Shown here piece by piece: positions 47,915 through 59,569 of a stretch of DNA of 64,000 nt. The stretch's first letter is position 1. Each line of letters starts with the position of its first letter. This DNA is from Octopus sinensis. Lineage: Eukaryota. The notes under the pieces were generated by a model. It was not told where the DNA came from, searched no databases, and saw only the letters and a list, made by a program, of their open reading frames with translations. The stretch spans positions 59,644,001 through 59,708,000 of the forward strand of contig NC_043002.1 in NCBI RefSeq assembly GCF_006345805.1, written 5' to 3'. Made by a program: the position numbers and the translations under genes.

Positions 47915-48432
47915 CGACATTTTAAATTAGCCGCGTGCCTACATAAGTTCATTAACTCACTTCTTTGATTCAAAGAATTATTGTCTTTGAATAATATGTG
48001 CATTTTCTCTAATAAGCAAAGCTTGCACTTGAAATTATATTGTAAGCTCCATGCCTGTATGGTGCCGCCTGTCCAGAATGCTCCATGTCACGTGAAAGGT
48101 GGGCTTCCTTTTCTTTTAGTTCCCAGACATATTTTGCTAGGCTGGTTTTCTTCCTATTCTCTGGGTATTTAAAAGAATTCTTATGAGAATAAAATCTTGT
48201 TTTAAATGAATTTTCTGAAGCCCCTGTGTATGTCTTGTATTCCGATGAGCCTTCACTTGCACTTGGCTCTATAAACTACTCCTTTCACTAGACATTTCCG
48301 TTCTAACGGACAGGAGCTTTCGTTTTTGAAATTACATTTCTTAATGGCTCGGCACCATGTCTAATCTCAATTAGCTTCCTATATGTTGGCTAATGTAAGA
48401 GGCGAAATTTCTGCAACAAGAATAGCTAACCT
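47915..48432 (-). mobile_element. Penelope-like element remnant: GIY-YIG endonuclease and C-terminus
   Basis: SYSCCRNFASYISQH..KCNFKNESSCPLERKCLVKGVVYRAK..EYKTYTGASENSFKTRFYSHKNSFKYPENRKKTSLAKYVWELKEK..KCKLCLLEKMHILFKDNNSLNQRSELMNLCRH; frameshifted. Confidence 0.85.
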
Positions 48433-48448
48433 TCAGTATATATATATA

Positions 48449-48661
48449 CTTTATTTAAAGCAGCAGAAAATTCAACAAAACCTGTTACTCTGAGTTTCCC
48501 GTTGCCGTTCGTCGGTTAGCAAAACTGCCCGACGAACGGCAACGGGAAACTCAGAGTAACAGGTTTTGTGAATTTTCTGCTGCTTAAATAAAGCATATTA
48601 CCTACCACTGGTATTGAGTACTCTTTTTTCCCTTGTTTTCACATTTACGTGTTTACTCCGG
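48449..48661. mobile_element. Family C-HHR fold-back element with two outward-facing hammerhead motifs
   Basis: Arms 48449-48515 and 48529-48593, 13-nt loop, flanked by (TA)n. Plus-strand motif 48525-48562: CUGC-CCGACGA-ACG(GCAA)CGG-GAA-ACUC(A)GAGU-A/ACAG. Confidence 0.85.
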
Positions 48662-48669
48662 TATATATA

Positions 48670-48743
<74 letters not shown>

Positions 48744-48768
48744 TATATCTATATATATATATATAAAT

Positions 48769-49495
48769 AGGCGCAGGAGTGCTGTGTGGTAAGGTAGCTG
48801 CTAACCAACCCACATGGTTCCGGGTTTCAATCCCACTGCGTGGCGCTTACGCAAGTGTCTTCTGCTATAGCCCCGGGCCGACCAATGCCCAGTGAGTGGA
48901 TTTGGTAGACGGAAACTGAAAGAAGCCTGTCGTATGTATGTATATATATATATGTGTGTGTGTGTGCGTGTTTGTGTGTCTGTGTTTGTCCCCCTAGCAT
49001 TGCTTGACAACCGATGCTGGTGTGTTTAGGTCACCGTCACTTAGTGAATCTGGAATACTTTACAAAAGATCCCACAAAATAGATTGCAAAACAATAAGAC
49101 AAACTAACATAGGCGCAGGAGTGGCTGTGTGGCAAGTAGCTTGCATAACAACGACATGGCAACTTGGGCAACTGTCTTTTCACTATAGCCTCTAGCCAAC
49201 CAACGCCCAGTGAATGGATTTGGTAGACGGAAACTGAATGAAGCCTGTCGTATATATGCATAGATATATGTGTGTGTATGCATGTGTTTGTGTGTCTGCG
49301 TTTGTTCTCTGACATTGCTTGATGACCGATGGTGGTGTGTTATCGTCCCCGTAATATAGCGGTTCGGCAAAAGAGCCGATAGAATAAGTACTGGGCATAC
49401 AAAGAATAAGTCCCGGGGTCGATTTGCTCGACTAAATGGCGGTGCTCCAGCATAGCCGCAGTCAAATGACTGAAACAAGTAAAAGAGTAAAAGAG
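48769..49495 (+). mobile_element. Two tandem SINE family A copies (48769-49040 truncated; 49110-49495 full)
   Basis: Both start aggcgcaggagt(g)gctgtgtgg; A-box, CORE-like segment and 3' tail present in the second. Confidence 0.9.
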
Positions 49496-49584
49496 TAAAG
49501 AGAGATATGTGCGTGTGTGTATATATATATATGTGCGTGTGTGTGTGCGTATATATAATATATATATATATATATATATTCTGT

Positions 49585-49730
49585 TATTCATTTACCTGTT
49601 TCAGTCATTTGACTTCGGCTATGCTGGAGCACCACCTTTAGTCGAGCAAATCGACACCCGGACTTATTCTTTATAAGCCTAGTACTTATTCTATCGGCTC
49701 TTTTGCTGAACCGCTATATTACGGGGACGG
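49585..49730 (-). mobile_element. SINE family A 3' half, tail-to-tail with the 49110 copy
   Basis: tgtttcagtcatttgacttcggctatgctggagcaccacctttagtcgagcaaatcgac...gaaccgctatattacggggac. Confidence 0.9.
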
Positions 49731-51137
49731 TAATGTATACATGCATGTATGTATGTATGTATGTAAGTATATAACACTTTGGCTATCAAGACCATGTCTC
49801 CATTTTTCAGAAAGAGTTTAAGGTAAATCTGACGAGGTGGAATTTGAACTCAAAACGTATTGGAAGATACTAGAAAGCGTTTTTCACTTCACTCAGTATA
49901 GCGAATCCCTAACTTCGCAGATTAAAACATAAAGATTGGTCATCGAACGAATACAAAGAATTATACAGTTTTCAATTGCACCATGAAACACACAATGTTA
50001 CGCATTCATATTAAAAGAAAGATGTATCTTTCTCTACTACATTGTCCAGTCCATGCTGTGTATTTCTACATTTTTTATACAAGTCTTTGTTAATGACGCA
50101 TAAGCGCTCTTAGGCGCGTGGTTGTTGAAAGTCGTTAAGCTGCCAACTCTTTGCACGGAAGTATATGTTTGTATTAGTAAATTTATTTTAGTTTAGGCAT
50201 TGGGTTCAGTGAAAGGTTCGTTAGAAAGTCGAAAAATGCCTCGAGGTATTCGTTCTAACTTTGTCATCATTCTGAAGTAAACAACACAAGAATTGAATCC
50301 CAGGATCGATTTAATGTTCTGCCGATGACCTGTGATGACATGCAATCGGTTATCACGGTAAAGTAGATATAAAATCTTCGTTCTACTTTGTGTTGCGGCG
50401 ACAGATGAAATGCAACAATACTAGTTGGAGTAAACTGCTATCATATCAATATTTCCTCTCTGTAAGACCCTTTTCTGCTACCAACACGACACACCAAACA
50501 TACACATGGACTGACTACCATTTTCTCCACACGCTAAAAGGAAAAAAAAAAGCAAAAGAAAATGAAGAATAGGTTTGCTTGGATAACAATTTTGTAAAAT
50601 TCTATTTTGTCTCATGTGGTTACTACAGTAACATTGCATTATATATCACGGATAATTGAATACAATTTTTTTGTTATTTTACTGTGAAAATCAAAACGCC
50701 AACGTTCTCGTCATATTTCTAGTTACTTCAGACAACCATCTACTTCCATAATCTGGACATTGTTTAATAAATAGAAAGTATGAAAAATCCAAGCACAATT
50801 ATTGCGTGTTCTACAATCTATATAAAAAAAAAAAAAAACATTTTAAGTCCTCACTCCGCTGTAATCTCAAATCCCACAAAAGATTTTTCTGTTATTTTTA
50901 TATACTGAAGTGTTGTTAAAAATAATAATGGCGCTGACATGATTATTGTTTAAAATACTTATATCTAAGGCTGCATACCACATTTTGCTACGCAAGCGAA
51001 ATGGAACAGAAATCAAAGACAGAATTTCCGAATATAACACTAATGACTCGAAATGAGAATTTTGATTAAATATCGTTAGAAATGATTTTATATAAATTGT
51101 TTACGCGCTGATGGATCCATATGCGTATGAATGCTAC

Positions 51138-51209
<72 letters not shown>

Positions 51210-51872
51210 ATGTATGTATGTATGTATGTATGTATGATGTATGTATGTATGTATGCGTGCATGCATACGTTCATTTCTGCAGCCGTACACGCATATATAT
51301 AAATGTATATCATATATAGGTGTAAGTCCCACTGAGGCAGACGATGAAGTACAGCTGTATCAAGCCTAAATCCTGGGAGCAACATACCGAAAATTGAATG
51401 AAGTAGCGTCATATTATCGACGCCGGTGTAGAACATTTTAGAGAACATCATTGAAAAATGAAGATAAACGGCTTAAAAAACAGGTTGGATAAATGACTTA
51501 GAGAAAATACAATCGGCAGATGAAGCAAGCGTATGAGAAATAAACTAAAAAAAAACAACTTATGATGATAGAAAGTAAAAATAAGAAAAGGACTTTGTAA
51601 AGATATTAACAATAGCATAAATTATAACTCTTAGCATAGTAAGGCGAATATTGGCAGAGAAACACTCTAAGTTCATATAAAGAGTTTACATGCTTTATAG
51701 CTTAATGGCAATGTAGGGGTTGTATCATATATATGTTATGGCTGCCTGGCTTCTAATTCCTGTCAGAAATGAACACAACTAGCCAGGATAAAATAGCACC
51801 TAGGTGCCCAGGGATCAAGGTGTGAAACATATTAACAACTGCTAAATTAAATTGATTTCAAATTTTAGCATA

Positions 51873-52280
51873 AGGCGTAAGAGTTGCTGTGTGGTAAATA
51901 GCTTGCTTACGAACCACATTGTTCCGGGTTCAGTCCCACTGTGTGGCACCTTGGGAAAGTGTCTTCTACTATAGCTTCGGAGCGACCAAAGCCTTGTGAG
52001 TGGTTTTGGTAGACGGAAACTGAAAGAAGCCCGCCGTATATATGTATATGTATATATATATGTGTGTGTGTGTTTGTGTCTGTGTTTGTCCCTCCATCAT
52101 CGCTTGATTACCGATGCTGGTGTATTTACGCTTCCGTAACTTAGCGGTTCGGCAAAAGAGACCGATAGAATAAGTAGTAGGCTTACAAAGAATAAGTCGT
52201 GGGGTCGATTTGCTCGACTAAAGGCGGTGCTCCAGCATGGCCGCAGTCAAAATGACTGAAACAAGTAAAATAGTAAAAAA
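51873..52280 (+). mobile_element. SINE family A, full length, low divergence
   Basis: gggttcagtcccactgtgtggcaccttgggaaagtgtcttctactatagc...aaaggcggtgctccagcatggccgcagtc. Confidence 0.95.
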
Positions 52281-52309
52281 GTATAAGGCCAGCAGTATCG
52301 AGGAAGAGG

Positions 52310-52470
52310 TTGAGTTGATTATATCGATCCAGTGATCGATAACTACTTATTTTATCGTTCCCCAAAGCATGAAATGCAACATCTATCTCGGCGGAATTTG
52401 AACGCAGATCTTAAAGACGGACGAAACGCTGTAACGCATTTTGTACGGGCTGCAAACGATTCCGCCAGCT
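52310..52470 (-). mobile_element. SINE family C (diverged)
   Basis: atcgatccagt...atcgttccccaaagcatgaaatgcaac...cggcggaatttgaacgcaga...ggacgaaacgctgtaacgcattt. Confidence 0.7.
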
Positions 52471-52662
52471 GGTCGCGATACACTCAGACATCGATATCGA
52501 TCCGTGCGGTTCGAAGTTTCGTCTCGCAAGAATTTTGTTCCACTGAAACTCAGGTCAGGAAGTAATAGTTTAGCTTCAGCTTCACCAATTCTTCCGAAGG
52601 AAACCTGATGTGTGTAAATAAAAGAATGAACTTTATATAAATATATGTGTGTGTTTGTGTTA

Positions 52663-52694
<32 letters not shown>

Positions 52695-53025
52695 GCATTT
52701 GTGTGTGTGAGAGAGAGAGAGAGGATGCAGGTATCCTCGGTAGATACTGGTCTCTTTATATAAAATGGTAAATACGGAGGTCGATAAACATCGGACATAA
52801 TTTCCAGACAGATAATAATACCGGGATCAATACGATCGAATAAAGATACGTAAAAGCGGTGCTCCAGCATCGCCGCCACATTATAAGAGACTGAATGATG
52901 TATAACTATAAAATCACATTTATGCACGCGTGTGTGAGTGTGCGTATAAATATATATGATTAAATATATAGATATACGTGCATAGATACACACATACATA
53001 CAAATATACACATATACATACGTAA

Positions 53026-53064
<39 letters not shown>

Positions 53065-53103
53065 GGTAAACAGTAATATATATATATATATATATATATT
53101 AGT

Positions 53104-53160
<57 letters not shown>

Positions 53161-53607
53161 CACACCACACGAAAAATGGTGTAAATATCGCTTTGAATGT
53201 CTTTGAACTAAACGTCGAAGTGTTTACCTGGATCTTAGCCAATCATTTTCGAAAAGACTCGCTTTAATTTGACAAAAGAATTCGCTCTTGGACGATATTC
53301 AGAATATATCTCACCTATCTCATAACCAACCAATATCTATTAGTTTCTATAGATTTATTTGACATTTTATTATTTTCTACACTTGTATTTTTTTTTCTTA
53401 TTTTTCGTTTTCTTGTTGTTTATAAGAGGAAAATAGAGAAAGAAAGACTAAACGTTCTTTGTTTTTAGCCTCTGTTCAATATTAATTCGTTTTAATGCAA
53501 TCGTGTTGTCTTAAGTCCCACTAAACTTCTTTTTTTTTATTCCTGAATTTCGAAGTTTGAAAAATACTACAGAAATAATTGTTTTTCTAATGAATATTAA
53601 TCAATGT

Positions 53608-53945
53608 AGGCGTAGGAGTGGCTGTGTGGTAAGTAGTTTGCTTACTAACCACATTGTTCCGGGTTCAGTCCCACTGCATAGCTCCTTCGGCAAGTGTCTA
53701 CTACTATATCATCGGGCCAACCAAAGCTTTGTGAGTGGATTTAGTAGACGGAAACTGAAAGAAGCCTGTCGTTTATATGCATATACATATATGCATGTGT
53801 GTGTATATGTTTGTATGTCTGTGTTTGTCCACCCAACGTCGCTTGACAACCGATGCTGGTGTGTTTAGGTCCCCGTAAAGTAGCGGTTTAGCAAAAGAGA
53901 TCGATAGAATAAGTTCTAGGTTTATAAAGAATAAGTTATGGGGAC
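53608..53945 (+). mobile_element. SINE family A, 3'-truncated
   Basis: aggcgtaggagtggctgtgtggtaagtag...gggttcagtcccactgc. Confidence 0.9.
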
Positions 53946-54007
53946 AAACAGACCAGCGTCGGGTGTCAAGCATTGGCGGTAGGACAAGTGCAGAGACACA
54001 TTCGCAT

Positions 54008-54057
<50 letters not shown>

Positions 54058-54219
54058 CCCATATAAATACGACAGGCATACACGCACATACATCACATGA
54101 TCTCTTTATCGACCAGATTCTGGGATGCTATACATTGCTGGGCACTTTGTATGGTTTTTGATCTCAAATGATATCTCGCTGGCTCGTTGAGCAAGTGAAC
54201 TTTCGTCTTGATCGGAAAA

Positions 54220-54370
54220 TCAGTCAATCTCAGTGTGACCCATTTACAGCTCATTGGACTGGTGCAACATGAAATGAAATGCTTTGCTCGAGAAGACAGT
54301 GTACTGCTCGGTCCGGGAAGCGAAATCTCGACAGTGAGTGCAACATCTCCAAACACTAGGCCGTGTGCCG
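54220..54370 (-). mobile_element. SINE family B 5' half (diverged)
   Basis: attggactggtgcaacatgaaatgaaatgctttgctcgagaagac...ccaaacactaggccgtgtgcc. Confidence 0.65.
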
Positions 54371-54380
54371 TCACTATGTA

Positions 54381-54856
54381 CAGGGTGGGAAACCAAATCT
54401 TGGAAAATTATAGATAATTCACCAAATTCTTTCTTTTACAACAACCAGCAGCCTGATATAAATATAATTTTGGCGAATTGCTTTGTTATACGGTGCCGTT
54501 TTACTATCCTGTAAATGATAATAATGGTATTTATATAAGCTTAAAGCTTATATAAATAACTTTATAATTTTAACACAAGATTATAGTGGTATAAAGTGAC
54601 AAATTATTCAATATGTCCGCCTTCGTTGTCCACTACAGCCATCACACGCCGCCTGAAGGCGTCACAACTCTTCATGATGCAGTACTCAGACATGTTGTCC
54701 CAATCTTCGTTCAGGACTTACTTACGATGATAAACACTGGGATGCGAAGTTCTGTTGGTAAGGTGCTCCAATTTGCCCCATGCGACACAGTCCACAGTCA
54801 TGAATATCTGAAAAATAAGGCTTCCAAAATATTGCAAGTTTTGCTTCCCTACCCGG
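54381..54856 (-). mobile_element. Internally deleted Tc1/mariner element with TIRs and TA TSD
   Basis: TA|CAGGGTGGGAAACCAAATCTTGGAA ... TTGCAAGTTTTGCTTCCCTACCCGG|TA (19/25); minus strand encodes a transposase C-terminus (AWGKLEHLTNRTSHPSV..DWDNMSEYCIMKSCDAFRRRVMAVVDNEGGHIE*). Confidence 0.85.
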
Positions 54857-54927
<71 letters not shown>

Positions 54928-55209
54928 AGTATGTATGTATGTATGTATGTATGTATGTATGTATGTATGTATGTATGTATGTATGTATGTATGTATGTGT
55001 AGATAGATAGATAGATAGATAGATAGATGATTAGATAATATCTGGAGGGCAATAATCTGATGGACTGTTTCCAGAGCTCGTCTACGAGTAATGGTTAACA
55101 TATTCAAACATGCGATGGAAATTCTCCTTTTTACCAGAAGCACATTCAGAAATACGTTCATATCCGCAAGTTTCAAGCAAAACGAAATTTAATACTAGAA
55201 GAAGGAATA

Positions 55210-55430
55210 AACAGGGCTTAATCCAAAGCACTACAATTGAGTCTGTTCCTAATTGTCAAAGGGAAGGTTAAAGATTCAATATGGCTACAAAACAATGGGA
55301 AACTATGGGTAATCTCGAACGCAATCACCTGAAGACGTGCAAGAATATGTATAATATATTAAACACTCAGCAGTTAGCAGCTGATACTAAAGCACAGAGA
55401 CAATTGTAGTGATTTGGATTAAAGCCTGTT
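55210..55430. mobile_element. MITE-like element with ~39-bp terminal inverted repeats
   Basis: aacagggcttaatccaaagcactacaattgagtctgttc vs gcacagagacaattgtagtgatttggattaaagcctgtt; TSD ambiguous (TAAA/TTAA). Confidence 0.7.
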
Positions 55431-55741
55431 AATTCCATTTTCTTGCATTAAAATTTCACACACACACACTCACACACTCACACACACACGAACATATGCA
55501 CGTACAATGATACATCAACACGCAGGATCACCGCAAAAATATCCCATTTCAGACTAGTGGGCACTTCTGACACCTATACACCACACGATTGTTGCTGCTG
55601 AATGCCAGAAGCCTTTTATCACCCCGGCATCCCTCTAGCACAAAACACCACATCTGTGAGACATAGGAACGTTTAATCAAGCAATAGGCACACCACTTAC
55701 AAAAACGCATCGGTCCCGTTTGTCATGTGGTCGATTCAACT

Positions 55742-56426
55742 CTCTGCTCTTTTCCTTCCTTCCTTCCTTCCTTCCTTCCTTCCTTCCTTCCTTCCTTCCT
55801 TCCTTCCTTCCTTCCTTCTTTCCTTCCTTCCTTCCTTCATTCATTACTTGCTTGTTTGTTTCTTTTCTTGCTTGCTTGCTTCCTTCTTTTCTCCCTTCCT
55901 TTCCTGCTTCCTGCCCCCTTTCCTTCCTTCCTTCCTTCATTCATTCATTCCTTCCTTGATTGCTTGCTTGCTTGTTTCTTTCCTTCCTTGCTTGCTTCCT
56001 TCCTTTGTTCCTTCCTTTCCTGCTTCCTTCCCTCCTTCCTTCCTTCCTTCATTCCTTTCTTGCTTCGTTCGTTCGTTCGTTCGTTCATTGTTTACTTGCT
56101 TCCTTCCTTTCTTCTTTCATTTCTTCCTTACTCCATTTCTCGCTTGCTTGCTTCCTTTCTTCCTTCCTTGCTTCCCTCGTTTGGTGCTTCCACCCTTCCT
56201 TCCTTCCTTCCTTCCTTCCTTCCTTCCTTCCTTCCCTCCTTTCTTTTCTCTTCCATCAAGTTTTCCTTGCGTTTCAGTTGATCTTGTCTTTTCCCTAGCA
56301 ATCTCGTTTTTGAATTTTATTCCTTCTCTCTCTTCAATCTCCTTTCGTCCATTATTCAAATCTTTTCGTCTTCCCATTTCACAGTATTTCTTCTTCTCCT
56401 TTTTCGTCCTTCTTCCATTTATTTCA

Positions 56427-56480
<54 letters not shown>
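55742..56480. repeat. Compound polypyrimidine tetranucleotide array (CTTC/CTTG/ATTC/TTCG) ending in (CT)n
   Basis: Direct inspection. Confidence 0.95.
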
Positions 56481-56485
<5 letters not shown>

Positions 56486-56940
56486 TACATATTATTTCAT
56501 TTATGTTTCGTTTTTAGCTTCATACATTTTTTTTTTCACTTGCTGCTGCTTCCCACCATTGTTTAATTCCGCCCTCCTACGCCGTCAGTGTTGAAGCTAA
56601 TTTCTACATATTTTTCCTAGAGCTGATTATTTCTGACATTTTCAACAAAAATTAGGAATGATCGAAGAAAAAAAAAATGTAATAACAGGCTTTTAAGCAT
56701 AGTATGAATCCATTAAATATAACGCAGAGAATATTAGAAACATTGATGATATTTTCTGCATCTATTTCAGGCGCGGACGTGTGGCAAAAAGTTAACTTCT
56801 AACCACATCACTGCGGGATCACTTTCTCTACATGGCGTCATGTAAAATTTTTTTCCATTTTAGGTCCACGCAGAACGAATACTTGTGAGTATATTTGGAA
56901 GATAGAGACAGAAATAAGCCTGGCGCTTACACACAAACAC

Positions 56941-57005
<65 letters not shown>

Positions 57006-57112
57006 CACACACACACACACACACACATACACACACACACTCACACACACACATATATATGATAAACAAGAACGAAAACGCTACTTTCTTAAAATTGGGT
57101 ACATTTTAATTT

Positions 57113-57321
57113 AGGAGTAAGGAGTGGTTGTATGGTAAGTAGCTTGCTTACCAACTACACGGTTCCGGCTTCAGTCCCACTCCGTGGCACCTTGGGCAAG
57201 TGTTTTCTACTATAGGATCGATAGAATAAGTACTAGGCTTACAAAGAATTGGGACCAATTTGCTCGACTAATGGCAGTGCTCCAGCATGGCCACAGTCAA
57301 ATGACTGAAACAAGTAAAAGA
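57113..57321 (+). mobile_element. SINE family A with internal deletion
   Basis: Head and CORE-like region are joined directly to gatagaataagtactaggcttacaaagaat...gactgaaacaagtaaaag. Confidence 0.9.
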
Positions 57322-57626
57322 AAAAGTGTAATAATAGTAATTTGCGATCATACTACCAGAACCAAAGGACATTTTCACGTGTCTCTTGCAGGAAAAAGGA
57401 AAGTAAACTATGAATGTTGACTTTAATTTTAGTTTAATTTTATAAATAGTTCTTTTCTCTCTACATATTCCATTTTAGTACATATTTTTGATAAGGTTTT
57501 TCAAAATCCAAAACATGTGAAAGGTAAATTAAAATGTACCCAATTTTAAGATTGTAGGATTTTCGTTCTTGTTTCTCATTCATAAATATCTACCTACACG
57601 TGTGTTACCTCTACAAATCTTTTGAA

Positions 57627-57741
<115 letters not shown>

Positions 57742-57801
57742 TATATATATATATTATATATATATATAATATATATATATATATACACACACATATATAT
57801 A

Positions 57802-57849
<48 letters not shown>

Positions 57850-57878
57850 ATATATATATATATATTATATATATATAT

Positions 57879-57941
<63 letters not shown>

Positions 57942-58395
57942 ATATATATATATACAAGGCACGTTATAAAAAAGGTGCCAATTCTCTCACGTTTCTGTCT
58001 TAGAGGCAAGAGAGTAGCAGTGGCTCTTATTTTAATACAGTGGGTATTAAATGACGATTATCTCTCACAGAACCATTGCCGCTATAGCCTCGGGCCGACC
58101 AAAGCCTTGTGAGTGGATTTGGTATATGTGTGTGTGTGTATGTGCTTGTGTGTCTGTGTCCCTCCACCATTAAGTAAATTGCAAAAAAAAAAATAATAAA
58201 AACGTATATAATTGGTAGAATATTAAGGAAAAACATAACTGGCCATGACGAAATACATCTTTACTTTAAAGTAGATGAAGTTTAGCGATAGCAAGGCCAT
58301 CCGGCTGTAGAAAAGCTGCCTCAATGTATTCTGTGCGATCGAAGCAAGCACAGCAACGCAGATACTAAGTTGACAATGACGATGGTGATGGTGCT

Positions 58396-58426
<31 letters not shown>

Positions 58427-58529
58427 ATGATTGTGAAGATGACGATGATGATGATGACGATGATGAGGAAGATGATGATGATGACGATTCAGTAACAGTA
58501 GTTTCCCCTTCAAAGAAAGCAAAACAAAA

Positions 58530-58750
58530 TATTGATTTCAAATTTTGGCACAAAGCCAGCAATATCACGGAAGGAGGTAAGCCGATTAAATCGTTGACCT
58601 CACAGTTCAAATGGTACTTATGTTATCGACCCTGAAAGGATGAAAGGTAAAGTCAATCTCGGCGGCGCTTGAAGTCAGAAGGTAAAGATGGACGAAGTGC
58701 CGCTAAGCATTTAGCCTGACGCGGTTACGATTCAATCAACTCGTCACCTT
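58530..58750 (-). mobile_element. SINE family C
   Basis: ggtacttatgttatcgaccctgaaaggatgaaaggtaaagtcaatctcggcggcg...gacgaagtgccgctaagcatttagcc. Confidence 0.8.
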
Positions 58751-58904
58751 AAACCTATAGAAATACATCTACATGGCAACGCGGTAATTAGGTGCTGCGG
58801 GCAGTGTTCTGCTTAGATGTGAAGTAAATGGATCCTGGTCGTTTCAATAGAATTTGTGTATATACCTGAACATATTTGCTATAATGTTAAGTACAGCGAC
58901 TGAT

Positions 58905-59190
58905 GTGAAGGCGCATGGCTTAGTGGTTAGGGCATTCGACTCACGATTGTAAGGTCGTGAGTTCAATCCCCGGCGACACTATTTTTCACGTTGCTCCAGT
59001 CCACTCAGCTGGCAAAAATGAGTTGTAGCTGTATTTCAAAAGGCCAGACTTGTTACACTTTGTGTCACTCTGAATTTCCTTGAGAACTAAGGTAAGGGTA
59101 CACGTGTCTGTGGAGTGCTGAGCCACTTGCACGTTAATTTCATGAGCAGGCTGTTCAGTTGATCGTATCAGCTGGGAACTTCGTCGTCAT
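58905..59190 (+). mobile_element. SINE family B, near full length
   Basis: gaaggcgcatggcttagtggttaggg (A-box) ... gagttcaatcccc (B-box) ... gttgctccagtccactcagctggcaaaaatgag. Confidence 0.9.
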
Positions 59191-59569
59191 AAATCTGATG
59201 TATCATATTTCGTAAATGTTGACGAAATGATCGATCGAAAGAGCTTTTATCAACATCGTGAGATGAAACGCAAAGTTAAATCGAGGCATGAATTTGTATT
59301 TAAGAATGTTGTTTTGTATCTAGATGGATTTCAGTTCAGTCTTATTGCGTAGCACCTTTGGTAATGACTTTTCCTTCAACCATTTGTCTATATCTTTATT
59401 TACACTTCCCATGGCACTAATTGTTATAAGCACAAACTTTACAGTTCTCATATTCCAAACTGTTGCAATTTCAAATTTTTAGGGATTATACTTAATTTGT
59501 GTTTTTTCTCTTCTTTCTTTAGGATCCTGGAATCATATTTAACCTTTCTTCTCTCAGAGTTCTCAAAAC

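Noticed and set aside
48241-48275. CCGAUGA-GCC..GGC within the Penelope ORF
   Set aside because: No GAAA after the stem; lies inside coding remnant on the antisense strand.
52505-52565. CUGACCUGA-GUUUC..GAGAC-GAAACUUC on -
   Set aside because: Needs a 2-nt core insertion and has a non-palindromic, unpaired stem III; likely chance.
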